From the NCBI GenBank assembly GCA_964016885.1, contig OZ024743.1, positions 173,600,001-173,664,000 on the forward strand: 64,000 nucleotides of DNA. The letters are read 5' to 3'. A program made the position numbers and the translations under genes. The DNA is from Eledone cirrhosa (Eukaryota). Under the pieces are notes generated by a model. It saw only the letters and a program-made list of their open reading frames with translations. It was not told the origin of the DNA and did no database searches. This document shows positions 58,101 through 64,000 of the stretch, piece by piece; the first letter of the stretch is position 1; every line of letters begins with the position of its first letter.

Positions 58101-58343
58101 ATTTATGGTACCAACTCTGAAGTTTTGGATTGCGTTTGGAGGGTGGAGGGCGGGGGAAGATGGGGTTATGTTAGCCATCCGCGGACGAAACAAAGAGGAG
58201 TGCTCGCATTCTCGTCCACGAGGTGAATTTGACTTTAACTTTGGCATTTTCGCTCTGAGCGTCCAGATTTTTCTCTCCCTTCCACTCTCCAGGATTCCGC
58301 AGTCCATCCATCCATCCATCATATATCGAAGGCAACCGGGCAA
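55140..58343 (-). CDS. RTE ORF: APE endonuclease + RT + PHD-type zinc finger; premature stop ~15 aa before the family C-terminus
   Basis: [68 protein letters not shown]; TGA where copies 2 and 3 have CGA; start codon uncertain. Confidence 0.9.
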   Translation of the reverse strand: MPGCLRYMMDGWMDCGILESGRERKIWTLRAKMPKLKSNSPRGRECEHSSLFRPRMANITPSSPALHPPNAIQNFRVGTINVGTLKGRANEVVEMLERKEVDVCCIQETRWRGGSARFIEGKKRCYKLFWVGNDDGLGGVGIMVAEKWADKIIDVNRVNDRIIKIRLVLNRTTVTVISAYAPQSGLPGTIKDRFYETLMLTTSQISDSDYIIIAGDLNGHVGQHCDGYDEIHGGYGFGTRNEEGSRILEFCDANNLTICNTNFKKRDNHLITYRSGEHTSQVDYILTRRRDRVSVVNTKSLPHEECTSQHRLIISDLIVRTRRTRQQKRTILRRKIWKLKDPTARNKFQSILLNAFDSKEEHLESDNIEGQWEFLKANLLLATDEVCGWSRPVGRRRVTWWWNSKVEGSIKAKKQDWKVWRDGGSREDYQVARREARRQVYLARREAEERKFKHVLQRDDQKREVFRIARQCIKENRDIVGEKCVLNDDGILAITDADKKVAWKCHYERLLNEENKWEKDSLPHIDPIEGPAVLVEGSIISKAIKDMKTGKAAGPSEIVAEMLKASGTVGHTMVTRIVNQVVQNGVVPKDWHSSSIVNCYKGKGDALDRSNYRGIKLIDQVMKVTEKVIAQLIRERIDLDEMQFGFVSGKSTTDALFIVRQLQEKYLAKGKPLYLAFVDLEKAFDRVPRSIIWWALRKLGVDEWLVRAIQAMYKETVSKVRINNEYSEEFSVKVGVHQGSVLSPLLFIIALQAITEEFKTGCPWELLYADDLTLIAESMAKLEKKFQTWKHGLESKGLKINLAKTKVLVCRKENKAVVPSGKWPCSVCRKGVGRNSILCPKCKVWVHKRCSGKLTKNKDFTCGRCSGAISSSKCPQNTSSFNCAEGSIEIVDSFRYLGDKISSGGGCSESTVARVRTGWKKFRELIPLLAAKEFSLKMKGRLYDACIRTAMLHGSETWALCAEDIRRLERNEACMLRWMCNSNIRERQSINELRKKLEIRGIRCCLLERRLRWYGHVMRMKVDSCITKCRAIKIDGSHGIGRPRKTWDELINSDHTHLHLSKTMSLD

Positions 58344-58354
58344 GCGATAGTATA

Positions 58355-58452
58355 GGCCTCTGGCTTATGATTGGTCCGCGTAATAATAATAATGGTGATG
58401 CGTGGGGGGGGGGGGGCTCTGGCTTATGATTGGTCCACGTATTAAGAATGGT
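58355..58452 (-). promoter_or_regulatory. Duplicated CCAAT-containing motif in the RTE 5' UTR (possible internal promoter)
   Basis: CTCTGGCTTATGATTGGTCC(G/A)CGTA twice, ~59 bp apart; function inferred. Confidence 0.35.
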
Positions 58453-58717
58453 GGTATGTGGGGGCGGGTGGGAGGGGTGTGGGGTAGCTAGCTGGAAGGT
58501 TATGAATGTTTAAGCGATTAACAAAAAGCAAAAATGCAAGATTTGTTCTGTTCAATACGACAAAAACAACCGTATTTAACATAAATAAATAACAAAAATA
58601 TGGATATATATATATGGATATATATATATATATATATATGGATATATATATATATATATATATGGATATATATATATATATATGGATATATATATATATA
58701 TATGGATATATATATAT

Positions 58718-58779
<62 letters not shown>

Positions 58780-59019
58780 ATATATATATATATATATATA
58801 TATATGGATATATATATATATATGGATATATAAATATATATATATATATATAGATATATATATAGATATATATGGATATATAGATATATATAGATATATA
58901 TGGATATATAGATATATATGGATATATATATATATATATATATGGATATATATATGTATATATATGTAGATAAATGGATATATATATGTATATATATGTA
59001 GATATATATGTAGATATGT

Positions 59020-59270
59020 ATATATATGTAGATAAATCTACCAAGAGTTTACGGTAGTGTCCAATCCGTATTTCTGAAGACGGCATATATATGTGTTGGT
59101 ATGTATATTTAATTTTGATAGTTTGTATAATTTTGTACATAGATCTGTTGAATATGCATGCCAATTCTAACACATATATATCCTAGAAACGATCGTTAAA
59201 TAATGAACTTTTTTTGTTTAATATAAGGAACTGTTTCATTGTTTTATTCATTATTTTTTTAATATTTTAT
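59020..59270. mobile_element. Family C short fold-back copy
   Basis: 59020-59070 is the reverse complement of 51594-51640; 59069-59270 matches 51291-51503. Confidence 0.78.
59069..59202 (+). ncRNA. Family C hammerhead (CUGAAGA core, stem I cut to 5 bp)
   Basis: TATTT-CTGAAGA-..ATATATATGTGTTGG...CTAACACATATATAT..-GAAA-CGATCG-TT-AAATA. Confidence 0.65.
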
Positions 59271-59418
59271 GTATATATATATATATATATGGATATATAT
59301 ATGGATATATATATGGATATATATATATATGGATATATATATATATATGGATATATATATATATATGGATATATATATATGGATATATATATATATATGG
59401 ATATATATATATATATAT

Positions 59419-59545
59419 TGTGAAGGCGTGTGGCTGAGTGGTTAGAGAATTGGATTCGCAATCGTAAGGTTGTGAGTTCGATTCCTGGAACCGGTGATGC
59501 GTTATGTCCTTGAGCAAGACACTTTATTTCACGTTGCTCCTTCTA
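59419..59545 (+). mobile_element. tRNA-derived SINE head and core (truncated)
   Basis: A box TGGCTGAGTGG, B box GAGTTCGATTCC, followed by TGTCCTTGAGCAAGACACTT SINE-core-like motif. Confidence 0.8.
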
Positions 59546-59778
59546 CCTGGAGTTGCGACCGATAGATAGTATTAGCAATTGGAAAGACCAACGGAAACAT
59601 TGTCCCTCGGTCCGATTTGACGAAAGTCGATCGTTCCTCTATATATATATATATGGATATATATATATATATATATATATGGATATATATATATATATAT
59701 ATATGGATATGGATATATATATATATATATGGATATATATATATATATATGGATATATATATATGTATATATATATAT

Positions 59779-59822
<44 letters not shown>

Positions 59823-59904
59823 GTTATTCCGGGTTGAATCGGAGGTAACCACAGTAAGTAAGGTACTCAATACATTGCAGAGTATAAAAGTTTTAATATA
59901 GATG

Positions 59905-59955
59905 AGATTCTACAGGACTAGAACTGTTTCATTCTTTAGAAATCATCAGGAATCT
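59905..59955 (-). ncRNA. Type I hammerhead ribozyme (family D, minus arm)
   Basis: Mirror image of the plus-strand motif. Confidence 0.8.
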
Positions 59956-60008
59956 GAGATTCCTGATGATTTCTAAAGAATGAAACAGTTCTAGTCCTGT
60001 AGAATCTC
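59956..60008 (+). ncRNA. Type I hammerhead ribozyme (family D, plus arm)
   Basis: GAGATTC-CTGATGA-TTTCTAAAGAAT-GAAA-CAG TTCTAGTC CTG-TA-GAATCTC; GUA triplet. Confidence 0.85.
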
Positions 60009-60018
60009 ATCTATATAT

Positions 60019-61093
60019 CATCATCATCATCATCAACGTTTAACGTCCGTGTTCCACGCTTGCATGGGTTTGAACGGGGGTAGTCCCACTTGAGGCAAGA
60101 GTGATTGTCTTGCTCGCATAGGACTGTCTGGCAGGTTTTCTACAGTTGGATGCCCTTCCTAACACCAACCACATTTACAGTGTGGGTCTGGGAGGTTTTT
60201 ACCGTGTTGCCTACACGGCCACATTACAGCGTGGCCTGTGTGTTTTTTTGTCGTGACACCTACACGATCTCATTTGTTTCGGCCTCGATGGCGCGGCACC
60301 AACATAGCTTTACATAGAACGGGGTGGTGTGGATGGGGTGGGGGTGGTGGTGGTGGGACGGGGTGTATTTTGTTAGAGATGCCTACTGGCTGGAGTAGGT
60401 TTTACTATATATTTAGGTAAGGCGGGTCTTCTCTGTTACTGAGTACCGCCAAAGGTCTCGGTCCAGTGACATTGTCTTGGAGAGGTGTAAGTGTGTGATG
60501 TCGGAGTTTATCAGCTCGTCCCAGGTTTTTCTAGGTCTGCCTATTCCGTGACTACCGTCTATCTTTATTGCCCTGCACTTTGTTATACAGCTATCGACTT
60601 TCATGCGCATCACGTGTCCATACCAACGTAGCCTTCTCTTGAGTAAACAACATCTGATCCCTCTTGTCTCTAATTTTTTCCTTAGTTCGTTTATGCTTTG
60701 CCGTTCACGTATATTACTGTTACACATCCAGCGGAGCATGCAAGCTTCGTTCCTCTCTAGTCTGCGTATATCCTCTGCACACAATGCCCAGGTCTCACTG
60801 CCATACAGCATTGCTGTTCGTATGCAGGCATCGTACAACCTGCCTTTCATTTTTAGGGAGAACCCTTTAGCAGCTAATAGTGGTATAAGCTCTCTGAACT
60901 TTTTCCGACCAGTTCTGGCTCTAGCTACAGTACTTTCAGAGCACCCTCCCCCACTGCTGATTTTATCGCCCAGGTAACGGAAGCTGTCCACTATTTCTAT
61001 AGAACCCTCTGCGCAATTGAAAGAGCTAGTATTTTGTGGGCACTTGCTGCTACTTATTGCACCAGAACACCGGCCACATGTAAAATGTATGTT

Positions 61094-61096
<3 letters not shown>
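60019..61096 (-). mobile_element. RTE LINE copy 2, 5'-truncated
   Basis: Highly similar to the 3' end of copy 1; (CAT)n tail; ORF 60413-60991. Confidence 0.9.
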
Positions 61097-61126
<30 letters not shown>

Positions 61127-61196
61127 ATATATATATATATATATATATGGATATATGGATATATATATATATATATGGATATATATATATATATAT

Positions 61197-61254
<58 letters not shown>

Positions 61255-61354
61255 ATATATATATATATATATATATCCATGTCTATCTATATATATATAT
61301 ATATATGTATCCATATCTATACGTATATATATATTATATATATATATATCCATA

Positions 61355-61404
<50 letters not shown>

Positions 61405-61411
61405 AAGATAT

Positions 61412-61462
<51 letters not shown>

Positions 61463-61569
61463 TATGGATATATATATATGTATAGAGATATGGATATATA
61501 TATATATAGATATAGATATGTATATATATATATAGATATATATATATATATATAGATATAGATAGATAT

Positions 61570-61649
<80 letters not shown>

Positions 61650-61651
<2 letters not shown>

Positions 61652-63291
61652 TCATCATCATCAACGTTTAACGTCCGTGTTCCACGCTTGCATGGGTTTG
61701 GACGGGGGTAGTCCCACTTGAGGCAAGAGTGATTGTCTTGCTCGCATAGGACTGTCTGGCAGGTTTTCTACAGTTGGATGCCCTTCCTAACACCAACCAC
61801 ATTTACAGTTTGGGTCTGGGAGGTTTTTACCGTGTTGCCTATACGGCCACATTACAGCGTGGACTGTGTGTTTTTTTGTCGTGACACCTACACGATCTCA
61901 TTTGTTTCGGCCTGGATGGTGTGGCACCAACATAACTTTACATAGAACGGGGTGGTGTGGATGGGGTGGGGGTGGGACGGGGGGGTATTTTGTTAGAGTT
62001 GCCTACTGGCTGTAGTAGGTTTTACTATGTATTTAGGTAAGGCGGGTCTTCTCTGTTACTGAGTACCGCCAAAGGTCTCGGTCCAGTGACATTGTCTTGG
62101 AGAGGTGTAAGTGTGTGAGGTCGGAGTTTATCAGCTCGTCCCAGGTTTTTCTAGGTCTGCCTATTCCGTGGCTACCGTCTATCTTTATTGCCCTGCACTT
62201 TGTTATACAGCTATCGACTTTCATGCGCAATCACGTGTCCATACCAACGTAGCCTTCTCTCGAGTAAACAACATCTGATCCCTCTTATTTCTAATTTTTT
62301 CCTTAGTTCGTTTATGCTTTGCCGTTCACGTATATTACTGTTACACATCCAGCGGAGCATGCAAGCTTCGTTCCTCTCTAGTCTGCGTATATCCTCTGCA
62401 CACAATACCCAGGTCTCACTGCCATGCAACATTGCTGTTCGTATGCAGGCATCGTACAACCTGCCTTTCATTTTTAGGGAGAACCCTTTAGCAGCTAATA
62501 GTGGTATAAGCTCTCTGAACTTTTTCCAACCAGTTCTGACTCTAGCTACTGTACTTTCAGAGCACCCTCCCCCACTGCTGATTTTATCACCCAGGTAACG
62601 GAAGCTGTCCACTATTTCTATAGAACCCTCTGCGCAATTGAAAGAGCTAGTATTTTGTGGGCACTTGCTGCTACTTATTGCACCAGAGCACCGGCCACAT
62701 GTAAAATCTATGTTCTTAGTTAGCTTACCTGTGATCCCACTACATCTTTTATGCACCCATACTTTGCATTTAGGACATAAAATGGAGTTTCTACCTATGC
62801 CTTTCCTACACACCGAGCACGACCATTTCCCAGAAGGGACCGCCACCTTATTTTCTTTCCTACAAACTAGAACTTTAGTCTTAGCCAGGTTAATTTTAAG
62901 GCCTTTTGATTCTAGGCCGTGCTTCCATGTTTGGAATTTCTTCTCTAGCTCGGCCATTGATTCCGCTATGAGTGTCAGGTCGTCTGCGTATAGGAGTTCC
63001 CATGGGCAGCCGGTCTTGAACTCCTCTGTTATAGCCTGAAGGGCAATAATAAATAGTAGGGGGCTGAGAACAGAACCCTGATGGACGCCAACTTTTACGC
63101 TAAACTCTTCACTATATTCGTTGTTAATTCTAACCTTGCTGACTGTTTCTTTATACATGGCTTGTATAGCTCTCACAAGCCATTCGTCAACGCCTAGTTT
63201 TCTAAGAGCCCACCAGATAATGGAGCGGGGGACTCTGTCGAAGGCTTTCTCCAAGTCGACAAAAGCTAAGTAGAGGGGTTTACCTTTAGCT
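61650..63291 (-). mobile_element. RTE LINE copy 3, 5'-truncated, +1 frameshift near 62229
   Basis: ORFs 62211-63254 and 62033-62230; (CAT)n tail. Confidence 0.9.
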
Positions 63292-63528
63292 ATATATGGA
63301 TATATATATATATATATATGGATATATATATATATGGATATATATATATATGGATATATATATATATATATATGGATATATATATGGATATATATATATA
63401 TATATGGATATATATATGGATATATATATATATATATGGATATATATATTGATATATATATATGGATATATATATATGGATATATATATTGATATATATA
63501 TATATATATATGGATATATATATATATA

Positions 63529-63631
<103 letters not shown>

Positions 63632-63663
63632 GGATATATATATATATATATATGGATATATAT

Positions 63664-64000
63664 GGATTTCAGCAAGGCCTTTGACAGGGTTGATCACAAC
63701 ATTCTACTGAGAAAGCTGTCCAATATTGGTGTCACTGGAAAGCTGCTGCAGTGGATCAAGAGCTTCTTGTAAAACAGAACCCAACATGTTGTAGTCGAAG
63801 GAGTCAAATCCAGCCCAGCCAAAGTCAGTAGTGGGGTCCCACAAGGCACTGTGTTGGGCACACTTCTCTTCATCATCTATATTAATGACATCACTGACAT
63901 CATCAAACACAGCAACATTAGAATTTTCGCTGATGATTCCAAGCTGCAAAAGGTCATCGATGGCGTGGATGACCGGATAAGCCTTCAGTCAGACCTACTG
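63664..64000 (+). pseudogene. 5'-truncated CR1/L2-group RT fragment with in-frame stop, running off the window
   Basis: [36 protein letters not shown]. Confidence 0.85.

Larger units (their letters stand above)
54716..58597 (-). mobile_element. Near full-length RTE-clade LINE, copy 1, with (ATG)n tail
   Basis: Single APE-RT ORF, (CAT)n at 54716-54737 on the + strand; 5' boundary approximate. Confidence 0.9.
59821..60016. mobile_element. Family D pLTR-like fragment ending in a perfect 121-bp palindrome (59896-60016)
   Basis: 60-bp arms around a single base at 59956. Confidence 0.75.

Noticed and set aside
58160-58360. Possible HDV-like ribozyme at the RTE 5' end (hairpin CGTGGACGA/TCGTCCGCG followed by GGCTAA on the minus strand)
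   Set aside because: P1, P1.1, P2 and P3 could not be assigned; needs a descriptor search
59425-59495. tRNA gene
   Set aside because: No clean acceptor stem or poly-T terminator, and it continues into a SINE core; the same applies to 28030-28115

Overview
Repeat-only eukaryotic (metazoan) DNA with no recognisable host gene. The SINE, LINE and MITE types suggest a cephalopod, probably Octopus (inference). Bases 1-27460 are a G-rich 42/46/47-bp minisatellite with multi-kb internal duplications, ending inside the terminus of a TTAA-flanked piggyBac-like MITE. From about 29 kb onward, a polarised (TA)n-TGGA microsatellite field acts as an insertion hotspot. It holds an apparently intact two-ORF Tx1/L1-type LINE, two CR1/L2-type RT fragments, a 5'-truncated Penelope-like element (RT + GIY-YIG), three copies of a PHD-finger-bearing RTE LINE and one tRNA-derived SINE (a second SINE sits inside a MITE near 28.1 kb). 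The main signal is five distinct short non-coding repeat families, each carrying a type I hammerhead ribozyme (12 ribozyme copies, folded by eye). All have a palindromic stem III or loop III, and stem II ranges from about 12 to 116 nt. Most occur as fold-back (inverted) insertions. Two families (467-bp and 466-bp units) are diverged relatives whose ribozymes covary. This looks like a (TA)n-associated Penelope pLTR/retrozyme system. The long H/T/P-, V/W/G- and I/Y-rich ORFs are repeat artefacts.
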